The translations under genes and the position numbers were made by a program. A DNA stretch of 63,912 nucleotides, the filler included, from Olpidium bornovanus S191 (taxonomy: Eukaryota; Fungi; Olpidiomycota): assembly GCA_017911155.1 (NCBI GenBank). It is 27 parts of 27 records of this genome, joined end to end, with 100 filler letters (N's around TTAATTAATTAA, not from the genome) between each part and the next. Parts side by side here need not be neighbours in the genome. Positions count along the whole stretch, not along the records: positions 8,217 to 11,308 come from JAEFCI010004011.1; positions 11,409 to 12,765 come from JAEFCI010002978.1; positions 12,866 to 15,852 come from JAEFCI010009200.1; positions 15,953 to 17,126 come from JAEFCI010003425.1; positions 17,227 to 18,452 come from JAEFCI010008729.1; positions 18,553 to 19,926 come from JAEFCI010002696.1; positions 20,027 to 23,048 come from JAEFCI010004705.1; positions 23,149 to 25,010 come from JAEFCI010010344.1; 19 more parts are not named here. One strand, given 5' to 3'. Every line of letters begins with the position of its first letter. The stretch's first letter is position 1. The notes under the pieces are model-generated. The model saw only the letters and a list, made by a program, of their open reading frames with translations, did not search any database and was not told the origin of the DNA. Below, in pieces: positions 10,660-24,791 of this stretch.

Positions 10660-11308
10660 GGTGACGACATTGGCTGGAAATGCCGTGCTCTCGGTGCTCA
10701 GAGGCGTCGGCGTAACAATCGACAACAACTGTGTGACGTGTACGTGTTCGCGAGAGTCGTCGGGCGGGGATGCTCTCCGGGGGCGTCCGTTCTGGTGGCG
10801 TTTAGCAGCGTGTTTGTGCTTTTCTTCTAATTTATGCCAGAGGTGTACTACTGATGATCCTGCTATCGCTGCTACCAATTCTATTAAGCTGCGACCGATC
10901 CACCCAATCTGCGAAGGGCGGTTCGGAATGAACTTCACAGCCGCTCGGGGGCCGCACCCGGCCCAGGCACTGGGGCGTCCGTGACAGCGACTGTAGGCAC
11001 TTGGCTGGAAGGGCTACAGGACTTATTTGACGAGAACCCTGGAGCTTTCCGAGCAGCCCTATCACCTATCACTTTGAAAGTGGCCTGCGGCGCGGACCAT
11101 CGTGGTTCCGAAAGTTTGAAATTCCCGTCTGCATCCACTGGGCTGAGACTTTCCTCAACGGAATCTCTTGTGAGAGTACTTCTTGGTATCGACGAGATTC
11201 AGTCGAGGTTGTTGGAAGTTCTTCTTGAAAAATTGCCGTTATACGATGCGGAAGCGGACGATAGCAACAGCACCAAAAGGTTTTGCATATTCTTTAAAAA
11301 TTCCATGC
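10660..11308 (+). CDS. FANCD2: Fanconi anemia group D2 protein homolog, 5' portion
   Basis: WLEGLQDLFDENPGAFRAALSP and STESLVRVLLGIDEIQSRLLEVLLEKLPLY match the FANCD2 N-terminal solenoid (human: [27 protein letters not shown]). The exon structure and true start are not resolved. Confidence 0.8.
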
Positions 11309-11408
11309 NNNNNNNNNNNNNNNNNNNNNNNNNNNNNNNNNNNNNNNNNNNNTTAATTAATTAANNNNNNNNNNNNNNNNNNNNNNNNNNNNNNNNNNNN
11401 NNNNNNNN

Positions 11409-11783
11409 CCCGCCGGCCGGCGGGAAGGAAAAGCCGGCGGACGACGACGGCCGCGCGTTCGTCGTCCAACTCGACAGGAACGACCGCCTCTTTCCGAAGC
11501 CGCTACCAGGTGAGTCGGAACGGGAAACGCGGTCGCGAAACTGCGTGTTTTGTTCTTTTTTTTTTTTTTTTTTTTTTTTGGGGAGTTTCCGTTTGTCGGG
11601 TGCGCCCGGCCTTTCTTTTTCTTTGATCATAACGAGGCGCCTCCGGTCGATGACCCCCCCGGTCATGCCAGACCTCGACAAGATGGCCGCCGAGGACTGC
11701 GCGGACGGGCTGCGCGTGTTCGAGTCCATCCACCAGCTCGGCGCGCCCACGTACCGGATGGTCAAGGGCATCCGCACGGCCTG

Positions 11784-11784
<1 letters not shown>
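11409..11784 (+). CDS. Hypothetical protein, last two exons
   Basis: Consensus donor GTGAGT at 11510 and AG at 11635-11636 join in phase to ...RRLRSMTPPVMPDLDKMAAEDCADGLRVFESIHQLGAPTYRMVKGIRTA*. Codon pattern is coding-like; family not recognised. Confidence 0.4.
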
Positions 11785-11826
<42 letters not shown>

Positions 11827-11854
11827 AAAAATTCCCCCGGGGGGGGGGCCTTTT

Positions 11855-11890
<36 letters not shown>

Positions 11891-12331
11891 CTTCTTGTGA
11901 AAAAAAAACCCGACGGGCGTTTCGAGAAATCCCTCCTTTTTTCTTTCCGGTGACGCACGGCGCGCGGGGGGGGGTTGTCGCGGTGTCAAATTTTACTGAA
12001 GCGGCGCATCCCGCAGCCGGGCCAAAAACTATCACCTAAACCGTGACACGTGTCTTTGAGCGGGGTGGGGTGGGGTGGGGTGGGGTGGGGGGGGAGAGGT
12101 CTGACCTCCTCGGGCCCCCTCGCGTCGTGCCGTAAGAAGCCAGAAAAAGGGGTGCGAAACGGGGGAAAAAACAGGAACACCCCCTGGGCCGCGAAAAGCC
12201 GGCGCGCTCGCAGCCGGGCGCAGAAGAGAAAAATAACACAAAAGTGCCCCGGTTTGTTTCTAAAGTGATAAATTTCCCGGGTCGGTGCCGGCGAGCGGGC
12301 GGGCCGGCCCGGCCGGCCGGCCGCCCGCCCT

Positions 12332-12629
12332 TCACGCCAGGTGCACCAGTCCGCTTTCACCGGCGAAGCGGTCGACGGTGACGAGCTTGTTCGCGATGAG
12401 GACGTACAGCAGCCTCGTCCCTTCCTCCTCCTGCCCGCCGCCGCCGCCGCCGCCGCCGGGCGACAGCATCCGCTTCATTTCTGGTATGGGCACGGGCCCC
12501 TTCCTGGCCAGCTCGAGAAGGCCGCGGGCCAAATTCCGGCTGGCCGGCTTGATCTCGACGGCGGGGGGCGCCGGCCCGGCCGCGGCAGGCTCTTCACCCA
12601 CGGCCTTGACGAGTCGGGCGCCGAGAGTC
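12332..12629 (-). CDS. Hypothetical protein, terminal exon with winged-helix-like C-terminus
   Basis: Acceptor CTCAG at about 12630, then ...LARGLLELARKGPVPIPEMKRML(G-rich)EEEGTRLLYVLIANKLVTVDRFAGESGLVHLA*. The helix-helix-recognition-helix-beta-hairpin pattern is inferred by eye. Confidence 0.45.
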
Positions 12630-12682
12630 CTGAGCGGGGCGAGTGGACGGGGGGCGGTTGTGAATCGTGCAGCCGCCGCCGT

Positions 12683-12713
<31 letters not shown>

Positions 12714-14374
12714 CCCCCCCCCCGCCCCCCACCGCCCCCCCCCCCCCCCCCCCCCCGGCGGGCCCNNNNNNNNNNNNNNNNNNNNNNNNNNNNNNNNNNN
12801 NNNNNNNNNTTAATTAATTAANNNNNNNNNNNNNNNNNNNNNNNNNNNNNNNNNNNNNNNNNNNNAATTCAGAATTCTTCTACGTCGGTCCAATCGGCAG
12901 GCCCCGTGTTGGCGCGCCAGGGCTGCTTTTTCGGTTTCGACGACGGCAACCTGTCGTCGCAATTCCGTTACTTCGACGTTGCCATGGGTGGCATTCCCTT
13001 TCGACTTCTTGACGTCTACGGCAGGGTCGCTCCCGGTGGAACAGCACTGGGCCTACGACTCTCCGCGATCGAGTGGAAGAGACGCGAGGGTGGCCGGGGG
13101 GGAATGGCGATTTTAACCATGAGGAGAGAGTTACTGGGGGCGGTGCGCGCGGTGCGTTTGCGCCTCGTCCCCTCTTTTATTTCTGCCCCTTTTTATTTTG
13201 TCCCTTTGTTCTCCACACCTTTCCCCCGCCCCTCTCCCCGTTCCCCTTCCCTATCCTTTCCTTGCTGGTTTTGATGTAGCCTGGTGAGGAGGGGCCGGAG
13301 TGGTGAGTCTCCGCGCAACGGAGATCGCCAGGAAAATTCAAAAAAACCAAAAAAAAAAAAAAAAAAAAAAAAAAATGAAAAAGAATGCCCGGGCGTTTCT
13401 GGTTTTTGCTCCGCGGACAGAAGGCACGAAGAGAAACGACGCCGGGAGCGGAGCAAGGCGGCTTGGGAAGTTCCCGCGGCCGACAAGAGCACCTTTCCTT
13501 CTGGCGTGCGGCGGCGGGCCTGAAACGCTCGGGTCGACAAGACGCGCCGGCAGCACGCATCGTGAACCGCGCGCGCCTCCGGCGACGGAGGGTTGCCTGC
13601 CCCCAATGGAGCTAGCCCACGCGGACCTGATTGCCCGCCACACCACAGCACTGCCGCGCGTCCGTACGCTCGTCAAACATTTAGCAGACGCCGCACTCAT
13701 TCCGATAGTGTCCACCGATGGCTCATTTGGCACCGCTATGCCACCGTATTGACCATGACCTACTTCAAGGGCTGCCCATTGCGCACAGCTGTGCAAGGTA
13801 GATAAACGTTTGCTGTCCGGGAGCCACGGTATGTGTGATTCACGGACATATTTCACATACCGTGGCTTCGTATGAAGTAGCCGGTCAGGAGGCGGGCGCC
13901 TGACGTGAATCGGAAAGACCTGTCAACATGGCAGAAAAGTGCGTCCGTGTCGGGCCCCCGGCGTTTCGCTCGGCAAAACGCCGCTGCGGCGAGACCAGCT
14001 CAAAGCAAGCGACTGTTACTACCGGCGGCCCCCCCCCCCCCCTCGGCACCCGCGAGATTGGTGGTCTTGCCGCGTAATAAATGCCCACGGTGTCTCAAAC
14101 GGCCGATCCGGCAAAGACGTAACCGGCCGTTATCCGGGGCATCCTTTTGTCCGCGAGATAGCAACCAGGAAATCTACTGAGTCTAAGACGACATGTGGCG
14201 CGGCCCGTTCCAGACCAAATTCCAAGGGCGCGTCCGCAAGCTAACGAAATACCCCGGTTGAGGTCCAGGACTTCAACCGGGTGTTTGACGAGCAGGACCA
14301 ACTTGCCGTGCCGCCCCGGCACCGCAGCTTTTTGAAACTCGCAGCTGTTTTCTGCCTTCCAGGAAAATGACGTA

Positions 14375-15451
14375 TCACTCGTCGGCGCTCTCCGGGAGGC
14401 TCTGAATGGTACCAACGCCGCCGCCGTCGTTTTCTCCGGCCTGGCCGGACGTTCCTTCTTCTTCCTCCTCGTCGCAGCCGCACTTCCACCTTCCGGCGAC
14501 ACGCCGAAAGCCGAGCAAGAAGAAAGGGGTTCACCAACGCGCCCGAGCACCGCAAAACGCCCGCGAGAGCGACGACAGACAGGCCGGCAGCGACACACAC
14601 CTCTCGGCCACCTGGTTGCAGTCGAACTCCGGCTTTCCCAGTCTTTCGTTGACGATGTTGTGCACCTCGCAAGCCCATTGGCTTGCCTCGCGCCTCCCGC
14701 CGGTTTTCGGCGGGCGTTTGGCCAGGATCGCGCTGAACTCCCGGGCACATTGCCCGCAGGGATACAACCTCGCCAGGAGGTACACAAAGCGCCGCAGCGC
14801 CTCTGCCTCTTCCGGAGTCGCCCTTCGAAGGGGAGAAGGGGGGGGGGGGATTAGCGGCGGGGCGTCAGCGCGCGATGACCTCCCGCCTTGCCGGGCGCAA
14901 AACCGCACACGAGATCGGCGGCAAACTCACGACTTTGGAAAGCGGGCAACCACCGTGTGGAGTACGCGCCACGTTGCTCTGCGCCGCGGTGAACCCGTGA
15001 CAGAGTCGCTTAATGACATTGGGCAACAGCGGTTTACGGCGCGGGCCCTGCAAAAGCGGCTTGTGCTCACCTGCCTAGCTCCGCTCTTTTAACGAGCCCG
15101 GCTCGCCCTGGTCAGAGAACGCACTCGGCCGCGAAAAGGTTCGCAATGTTTTCCCTTTTCGAAGGCTCACCTTAGAGTCTCGTTCTTGAGCGACCCCATG
15201 ATGACGCTTCCCACCAAATCTTGCTCCCGCAACGTTCCTTCGCCCGCAGCGCGGTCGACCCCCGGCACGTAGAGCTGCGACATCTTCCTGTCCGACAGCG
15301 CGCCCCAGAATTCCGAGAGCGAGGGGAGCGCCACGTCGTGCCCGCCGTTCGGGGACGAGGCGAGGCGAGCCGACATCAACGCCACCACCGAGCAGACCAG
15401 GACGACCGCAGCCAGCGTCAAGAGGCGCAAGAAATGCAGCCGCCGCCTCAT
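14375..15451 (-). CDS. ERV2: FAD-linked sulfhydryl oxidase, Erv2 type (N-terminal membrane anchor), complete, 5 exons
   Basis: Exons 15451-15171, 15085-15071, 14978-14931, 14822-14601, 14489-14375 total 681 nt in frame. Motifs RAELGRATWRVLHT, LYPCGQCA (CxxC), WACEVHNIVNERLGKPEFDC and C-terminal WKCGC (Erv2 CGC shuttle). Confidence 0.93.
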
Positions 15452-15952
15452 GCCTCCGCCCACCTGCCGGCCGCCCGGTCCGCGGCGTCGTGCGGCTGTG
15501 TTCCGTCCGAGGTGGCGGTTGGGTGGCGGGCCGGGGTCATTTGGCAGGGAAATTTTTCTTTTGGGGTTCCCGGCGAAAAAACCTTCCTTCCCCCACACGA
15601 CGCAGGCAAAACGAAAAGCGCGCCCAAAAAAAGAAGCGCGGACGGACTTTGGACTGCACGCAGAAGGTGCACGAGGCGCAATCATTCCAGTCCCTCGCGG
15701 GCCTTCTCCCGAAACCCCAACGCCGTCCCGTGGAGAATCTTCGCCTCCCCGTCCCGGGCTGATTGGAACTCCAAAGTGACGCCGGAAGGGAAAAGGTACA
15801 AAACAAAAAAACGCAACACCCCCCCCCCCCCCCCCCCCAAAAGGGGGGGGGGNNNNNNNNNNNNNNNNNNNNNNNNNNNNNNNNNNNNNNNNNNNNTTAA
15901 TTAATTAANNNNNNNNNNNNNNNNNNNNNNNNNNNNNNNNNNNNNNNNNNNN

Positions 15953-16728
15953 CATGCCACGACCAAGGCGGCCGTAGATATGGTAAGTGAATTTTGCGGA
16001 TTGCTGGGAATAGAAAGAGGAAGGATGGATCAGTGCGGAAACTCACATAATAGGATTTTGCCTGTTGGTACGGCCAACTGCTCACGACGCCCCGCGGCCC
16101 AATCAGGTCAAATCTCTCGGCTCGACAGTCGGTTGCAGTATAACAGCCCACCATTTAGAGCTTATCGTGGACGACTGGGCAGGCAAGCCGCACAACTTTT
16201 GCAAACCAGTTGCAAAATACCCCAGTGATCGGCAGGCACTGCGGGACGTCGTGCGAGAAGGTCAGATATCGCGGTGTGACATCAAGTCCAGGCCAAATTG
16301 CTCGGCGTATTTCCTCTCGTGTGGAGTTCGCTGACTTGCTGCTTGTAATTCCCGGGCTATGGGCAGGCCACCCACGCTTCTTTCTCGGCACAGACTCCGC
16401 CCCGCACCCGGCACACCTGAAGGAATGTGCCTCGGCGTGCGCAGGCGTGTTCACCACCCCGCAAACCCTTGGATACGTTGCCACGACGCTGGAGCGCATC
16501 GGGGCACTGGACAGGCTGCGCGGTTTCGCGTGCGAGAACGGGCCCAGGTTCTACGGCATTAACCCCTCCCCCACCTGTGTCCGGCTCGTGCGTGTCGGCG
16601 AGGGCTGCGCCGTGCCGGAGTCTTATGAATTTGCGGCGATGGCAGATGATCCCACCGCTGGCCGGGTGGTGCCGTTTTTGGCCGGCCGGAAGCTCGCGTG
16701 GAGGGTGGATCGAAGTGCAGGGCGATAG
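15953..16728 (+). CDS. URA4: Dihydroorotase (homodimeric type II), 3' portion
   Basis: Exons <15953-15982, 16107-16260, 16367-16728 with GT-AG introns. Motifs HATTKAAV, ITAHHL, HNFCKPVAK, FFLGTDSAPH, CAGVFT, LRGFAC.NG..FYG. Confidence 0.93.
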
Positions 16729-17226
16729 GAACCGCGATGTCCGTGATAACAAGCGGAACATCTATTGTGGCCGTGGACTTCCGGGCGCTCACGGGGGTGT
16801 GTGGATCTGGGAAATTCCTGCATATTTGCATCAGTGGACGGAGCTGGTTTTTACGTGGCTTTTGGGCGCACACGTTGATGCGCCCGTGTCGCTGCCCTTT
16901 CCCACTCCTCGTCCTTCGGAGCTTCCCTCCCATCTTGCGAATCTGCCCAAAATCGCAGAGAAAATCTCCGGATGTTCCCGAACACTTTCAGAACAGCCGC
17001 ACGCAAAAAATGTGCGTTTCATATCTGCTGTTTACTGGTGTTCGTAAAGCAAGCAAACTCGTGTGGGGAGCGAACGCAGAGGATTTGTGCGGGAGGTTAC
17101 CCCTTTCCGCACTGCGAATCATTTCGNNNNNNNNNNNNNNNNNNNNNNNNNNNNNNNNNNNNNNNNNNNNTTAATTAATTAANNNNNNNNNNNNNNNNNN
17201 NNNNNNNNNNNNNNNNNNNNNNNNNN

Positions 17227-18248
17227 CATGGCTTCCCGCATCGCGGACGACAGCAACCGAAGCGTGGTGCAGTCCGCCGCCAGCGCGTGGAAGTCCCAGC
17301 CTTTGGCCTCCACGGCAAGCAGGAACGGTGTCACAAACAGCTCGGCGACGGCCAGCGTCCGACATTGCACCTCCAGAGGGATGCGCCTTGCCCGCAGCCC
17401 TCCCGCGGAAAACGTCGCGCACAGCTCGTCGGCAAAAGCCTGGCTCTTCGGCGTGACGCACGAGATCGGCTGGAGCGACGGCGCCATGTACGCCACGATG
17501 GGGTTCGGGTTCTTGCCGCCGTCCTGGGCCAGGTATGCCGACTGCGGGATGGGTTCAAACTTCTGCCCCGGAAGCGGTGCCTGGTATGCCATCAGGTTGA
17601 TGGAGCCTCTCAGGAGGAGGTTTTCGGATACCTTCGAGAAAGAAGTTCGAAATGGGTTGCGGCGGGGGACGGTGGTGCTCCGGCATAAGAAGCAAACCCC
17701 AGTTTACCGCGCGTGAATTCAAAAGCGTTCTCCGTTTCCCTCGCAGGCCGAACCTTGCTCATTAGAAAATTCAAGTCGTTCTTTGCCGGAGAAAAGCCGA
17801 CGACACGGATTTTGTCTTTCCTGGTGGGGTCGATGTCTTCGAGGTGGCGGATGAGATCGGTCAGCCACGCCCCGTTCCCCTCCCTGAGACTGTTACTGGG
17901 AATCGTGATGACCACGGCATCGACGGCGGCGAGCTCGGCCTTGCCGCTCGCCGGCGAGCTCTTTCCGGCGGCGGCGGCCGCGACGGCCTGTAAATCGAGG
18001 ACGCGGAAGTCGCTGAGGAAGCGCGGCTCCGCCGCGGGCGTGAGCGCGCGCGGCAGGAGCTGCGAGGGCAGGCCGAGCACGGAGTGGTCGTGCGCCAGCG
18101 CCGACAGACGGTAGAGCCTGAGCGGGGCCGCGCGCAGCTTGGCGACCTGGTAGTCCCGGACAAGGAAGACCACCTCCGCGCCCCCTTCGCGCAAATGGTA
18201 GCCGTACACCTGCCCCACGGCGCCGCACCCGACGACGACGACCTTCAT
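17227..18248 (-). CDS. Ketopantoate reductase (PanE/ApbA)-like Rossmann-fold oxidoreductase, 3'-truncated, 2 exons
   Basis: MKVVVVGCGAVGQVYGYHLREGGAEVVFLVR (GxGxxG). One phase-0 intron 17753-17632 joins to VSENLLLRGSINLMAYQAPLPG...FLLAVEAKGWDF. Substrate not established. Confidence 0.75.
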
Positions 18249-19339
18249 TTTTGTTTAAACTTTTTTTTTTCTTTTTTTCCCGCTCACGCCCGTTGGGCTC
18301 GCCTGCGTTTTTCCTCCCATTTCCGCCCCCGCCGGAACTTCCCAGTCGCCGAGGAACGCAGGGCCGCGTCCAGAGCGCTCCCTACCCTCCGCCAGACCTG
18401 CTGTCCGCGGAAGCCCCGCGTTCGGCGCGCCGGGCGGCCGGGAGGCCCCATGNNNNNNNNNNNNNNNNNNNNNNNNNNNNNNNNNNNNNNNNNNNNTTAA
18501 TTAATTAANNNNNNNNNNNNNNNNNNNNNNNNNNNNNNNNNNNNNNNNNNNNCAGCTGATGGTCCTAACCGGGCATCCGGTTGACAAGAGTTTTAAGTTT
18601 GGTGTGTTTTGTACGCGGAATACAAATTGATCTTTATGTTCCTTTTGACGCACGTGGCCTGCCGCAAAACATGTTTGTTCGCCTTTTTGCCGTTCAAAAC
18701 GTTTCAGACGTTGGTAATCTGTCCTGGAATTCTTATCTAACAACCCCACAGTCGGGCCATTTTGCAAACGAGCCACGTCTTTTTTCTTATTGCACGCTAC
18801 GGGAAACGGCATCGACATGGGACTCAAGAATGATCAACGGCCAGGCACTGCTCCCCGGAGTGTTCCCGGCAAGCTTTGTCATTCCTCTTGCTGCGCTTGG
18901 CCAGCACGCGACTTCTTTGCAAAACAGGAGTTTCTCCCCCTCGCCGCCAAAAAAAATTCCCCGTCCAGCGAACGCCCCCACTCCTTACCCTCCCTCCCCC
19001 CGCTCCCCACGTGAAATTTTGCGCGGCTGTCTAAAACTTTTCTCCGCTTCAATTCGACACGTCGCGTTTGACGGGCACATGTTCGCCTTTGCAAATGTGG
19101 CGCCTGCGAAAAAGTTTTTTTTTTTGTTTCTGCCCCCTCTTCTCCGAGTGCGGCCTATATGGAAGGTTTCATATCTAAGGTTTTCGATAAAAATTACGGG
19201 AAAGTTCGGCCTGAGTCAAGTGCACCCGTTAAGAGGACTTTTCAAACCTTGGCACACCCTTCAAAAACTTCAACTCTCAAACATCCCTTAACGCGACGGG
19301 CACCCAGGAACCTTCTCCACAACGCCGAAACCTGACGTT

Positions 19340-19451
19340 TGTATTTTGGTGTTTTCTTCTTCTCTGGGGTAGGTAGTAAGTAGTAACCGGAGCCGAGTGT
19401 AGTATTTATAAGAGTCACCTGATCTACGAAAACCCTTGACACCCCCCCCTC
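19340..19451 (-). mobile_element. Putative 3' LTR start with polypurine tract
   Basis: Minus strand GAGGGGGGGG (19451-19442) is immediately followed by TGTCAAGGG (19441), with TATAAATA about 35 nt further on. The distal LTR end is not determined. Confidence 0.4.
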
Positions 19452-19779
19452 ACACGGCGTAGGAATGGAATGGATTGAGAAGTTATACTGGAAAAGAAGA
19501 AAAAAAAAGTGAAAAACTTTGTGAATTTGAAACGAAGGTGAAACAGATCCAGGTCCACTTGTCCTCGGCGACCCCCCTCGACGTAGGTAGCTTTCCGCTG
19601 ATGCGGCACACGGCACCCTGGTAGTCTTGTCGAAGAGGTCGGAAGGTGATGTGTATTGACGAGTGGATCACACGCACAGAGCGGGGAGAACGTTGATGGA
19701 CTCACGGAACTTGACGAAGTCCGGAGCGTGGAGCGCCGAGGGAAGGCGTACGGGCGCATCGGCCCTCCACCGTGCGAGC

Positions 19780-19926
19780 GAGTCGCTGTGGGCCCGGCCT
19801 GTCTCCGAGGCTCAGGTGTTTGTGCCGGCCATCGGACGGAATGTGACCGCACTTGTGGACTCTGGGTCTGAGATTAACTTGGCCGAAAAGTGGCGGGCTG
19901 AGGAAGCGGGCTGGTCGATGGTCATG
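19780..19926 (+). mobile_element. Retropepsin-like aspartic protease fragment (Ty3/gypsy type)
   Basis: VFVPAIGRNVTALVDSGSEINL carries the D-S-G active-site motif in an ALVDSGSEIN context; it runs off the contig end. Confidence 0.6.
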
Positions 19927-20027
19927 NNNNNNNNNNNNNNNNNNNNNNNNNNNNNNNNNNNNNNNNNNNNTTAATTAATTAANNNNNNNNNNNNNNNNNN
20001 NNNNNNNNNNNNNNNNNNNNNNNNNNC

Positions 20028-21411
20028 ATGCGCTTCGACCGCGGCTTCATCTCCCCCTACTTCATCACCGACACCAAGTCCAACAAGGTCGAGTTCGAAA
20101 AGCCGCTCATCCTGCTTTCGGAGCGGAAGATTTCGGCCATCCAGGATATAATCCCCGCGCTCGAGATCGCCGCGCAGACGCGCCGCCCGCTGCTCATCAT
20201 TGCCGAAGACGTTGACGGTGACGCCCTGGCGGCTTGCATTCTTAACAAGCTTCGTGGGCAGCTCCAGGTGTGCGCGGTTAAAGTAAGTTGGCGTGGAGAG
20301 TCTCGACACAGCGATTGTTGTAAGCATTATCGTGTTGATTGACGGCGTATATGTGTCCGCGTGCAATCACAAGGCTCCTGGGTTTGGGGACAACCGGAAG
20401 TCGATCCTGTTCGATTTGAGCACATTGACGGGCGGCGTCGTGTTTTCGGAAGAGCTGGACATCAAGTTAGAGAAGGTCACGGCCGATCTTCTCGGCACGA
20501 CCGGATCGGTAACTGTCACCAAAGACGACACCATTCTCCTGAACGGTGCGGGCTCCCGTGAGGCCATTGCCGCGCGCTGCGAGACTATCCGGGCAGCCAT
20601 CCAGGACCCGAACACTTCCGACTACGAGAAGGAGAAGTTGCAGGAACGTCTTGCTAAGCTTTCTGGGGGCGTCGCCGTCATCAAGGTTGGCGGGGCGAGC
20701 GAAGTCGAGGTCGGAGAGAAGAAGGACCGCTTTGGTACGCGCAGTTTGCAACCCCAAAATGACCATATAAACAATTTTTGATAATCACTAAAATGTCACC
20801 TCTCGCTTTTCGCGATTGTTGAAAACAGTGGACGCGCTTAACGCCACCCGCAGCGCTGTCGAAGAGGGCGTTGTTGCCGGCGGCGGCACCGCCCTTCTCA
20901 AGGCATCCCGCGCGCTCGAGAAGCTTAAGCCGTCCAACTTCGATCAGCAACTGGGCGTGAACATCATCCGCCAGGCAATCCAGCAGCCGGCGCGGACAAT
21001 TGCGAACAACGCTGGTGTCGAGGGGGCCGTCATCGTGGGAAAGGTGCTCGAGAAGGCTGACGACGTCAACTACGGCTACGACGCAGCAGCTGATCGGTTT
21101 GGCAACTTGATGGAGATGGGCATTGTCGATCCCCTCAAGGTTGTCAGGACGGCTCTTGTTGACGCCAGGTGTGTTCCGCGCCGAGCGGCAGTTTTTGATG
21201 TTTTCCACGTCAGTTTGTCCTTCGTTCCGCCCGCCGCTGGTCGCCTCTGACGAACAAGCCCGCCCCCCTTTTCCCATATGACAGCGGCGTTGCGTCTCTC
21301 CTCACCACGAGCGAAGCCATCATTGTTGACGCCCCTGAGAAGCCGGCACCCGCCCGCGCCGCGCCCGGAGGCGGTATGGGCGGTATGGGCGATATGGGCG
21401 GCATGTTCTAA
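20028..21411 (+). CDS. HSP60: Mitochondrial chaperonin Hsp60, 3' portion
   Basis: Exons <20028-20282, 20374-20734, 20829-21168, 21285-21411. Motifs [83 protein letters not shown] and C-terminal [13 protein letters not shown]. Confidence 0.97.
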
Positions 21412-23148
21412 ATTTCACTTCGCTAAGGAAATCGCAACCACGCGCTGGTTGGGCTTGTCGCGGAGTAAGACATGAAGGATGTGCCTCTTTCCGTCCTTAT
21501 ACATCGACGAAATGCAGCTTGGCGGCACCCGGGTCAAGGGCGCACCCCTCCCCATGTTTCCTGTTTACTGCGGTGAACATGGGGAGGCCGGGCCGGGAGC
21601 ACAAAGGCAGTGGCACCCACATACTCTGCGGCGACGCCACCCGAGTAAAAGAGTGAAAATTTTAGTGCATTTTAGATTCTTATACTGTATCATCAATATG
21701 TTGAATTGGCTGTACATCGTAGAATTCTACCGTCTGGCGGGTTGGCTGGGAAGGGAATGGGGAAGACAGGCGTTAGAGACAGCGCCTATAGCCGGGGTTG
21801 GAGGTTCAGCCCTCCGTGCTACCTTCCACGGGTTTCTTGCCCAGCGGGGTGGAGTCCGGCGGCTGTTACCCATTCCAAATGCACCGCGGCGAGCTAAAGG
21901 CGATAGCGAACAGTCGGAACGGCCAAGACGCACCGTTTGCGCAAGAAGTTACGACAGCGCCTATCGCGGCGGATCTTGATTTGCCCAGGAAGTCGCGGTC
22001 GGCTTTCTGTCCGTCGGGAAAAACGAATACGGACCTTCTTGCCGACCCTCCGGAATGCGGGACCGTCCTATGTCAGCGGAGGCACTACGACCACCGGAAG
22101 CGACGGTCGATCATCACCGTCTGGGCGTCCGCCTTCCGAGGACTCGAGCCCGTCGGGCACCTTGTCGGCGTTTCGCGACAACGCTGGCGCCCATTTTCGG
22201 CCTTCCTTCCTCGCTCCAACGCGTCGCTTTTCACCTGCTCGTTTCTCGCTCGCGGCGGGCACTTCCGCCCTTTCTCGGTCCTCATTCCCGTAAACTCAGC
22301 GCATCTTACCCTCTCTCTTACCATGTCTGACGGGGCGATTTCTCCGTCTGGCATGATCGCCTTTACCATCTCCATGCCGGTGGGCCGTCGCGCAAAACGC
22401 GGAAAGCTCGTCACCGGCCTGCCCGAAAAAACCCGTCCGTGTACCCGAACGAACGCCTTCTGCTCCGGCCGCATGATCGGCAAACAACACAAAAAACAAA
22501 CCTTCTTGCTTTGACACCGAGCGTAGCCTCGCCCCCGCTTTTTCGCACCGATGCCTTTTTTTCTGGCCCGGTCGGGCCCATCTTGTTGGCTTGGTTCGAA
22601 CGCACGATCACCGTCGTCGAAAACACAGCTTCTCGCTATGCCAAGGTTTGCTGAGGAGATCCTCTGTCACACCTCTCGGACGACTACATCGCCTAAGTCG
22701 GGCGATTCACCGGCAAAGAAGATCCGTATCGCTCGTTGCGACCACGGACCCGACTATACTTCGGATCTGTATGAAACAGAATCCGTCCGCGTGCAGGCTT
22801 TTCACGGCAGCCCCCCCATCCGCGAGACCCCCCCCCCCGCCCCCCCTGAACGACGGACGTGAACCAAAGGAGACAAAAGGGGAAGACGAGTGCACAATGG
22901 AGGGCGGAGACAGCGGACGGCGGGCGGCGGAGGCTGCACCGCGCGGTTCGGCACGCTGTAGAGTTTCTACAAGCTTTTGGTTTGTTTTGTATGGCGTCGG
23001 CGTGCGGGATTTACAGGGGGAAGAAAGGAGGGATGATTCCCGCAGGAGNNNNNNNNNNNNNNNNNNNNNNNNNNNNNNNNNNNNNNNNNNNNTTAATTAA
23101 TTAANNNNNNNNNNNNNNNNNNNNNNNNNNNNNNNNNNNNNNNNNNNN

Positions 23149-24791
<1,643 letters not shown>

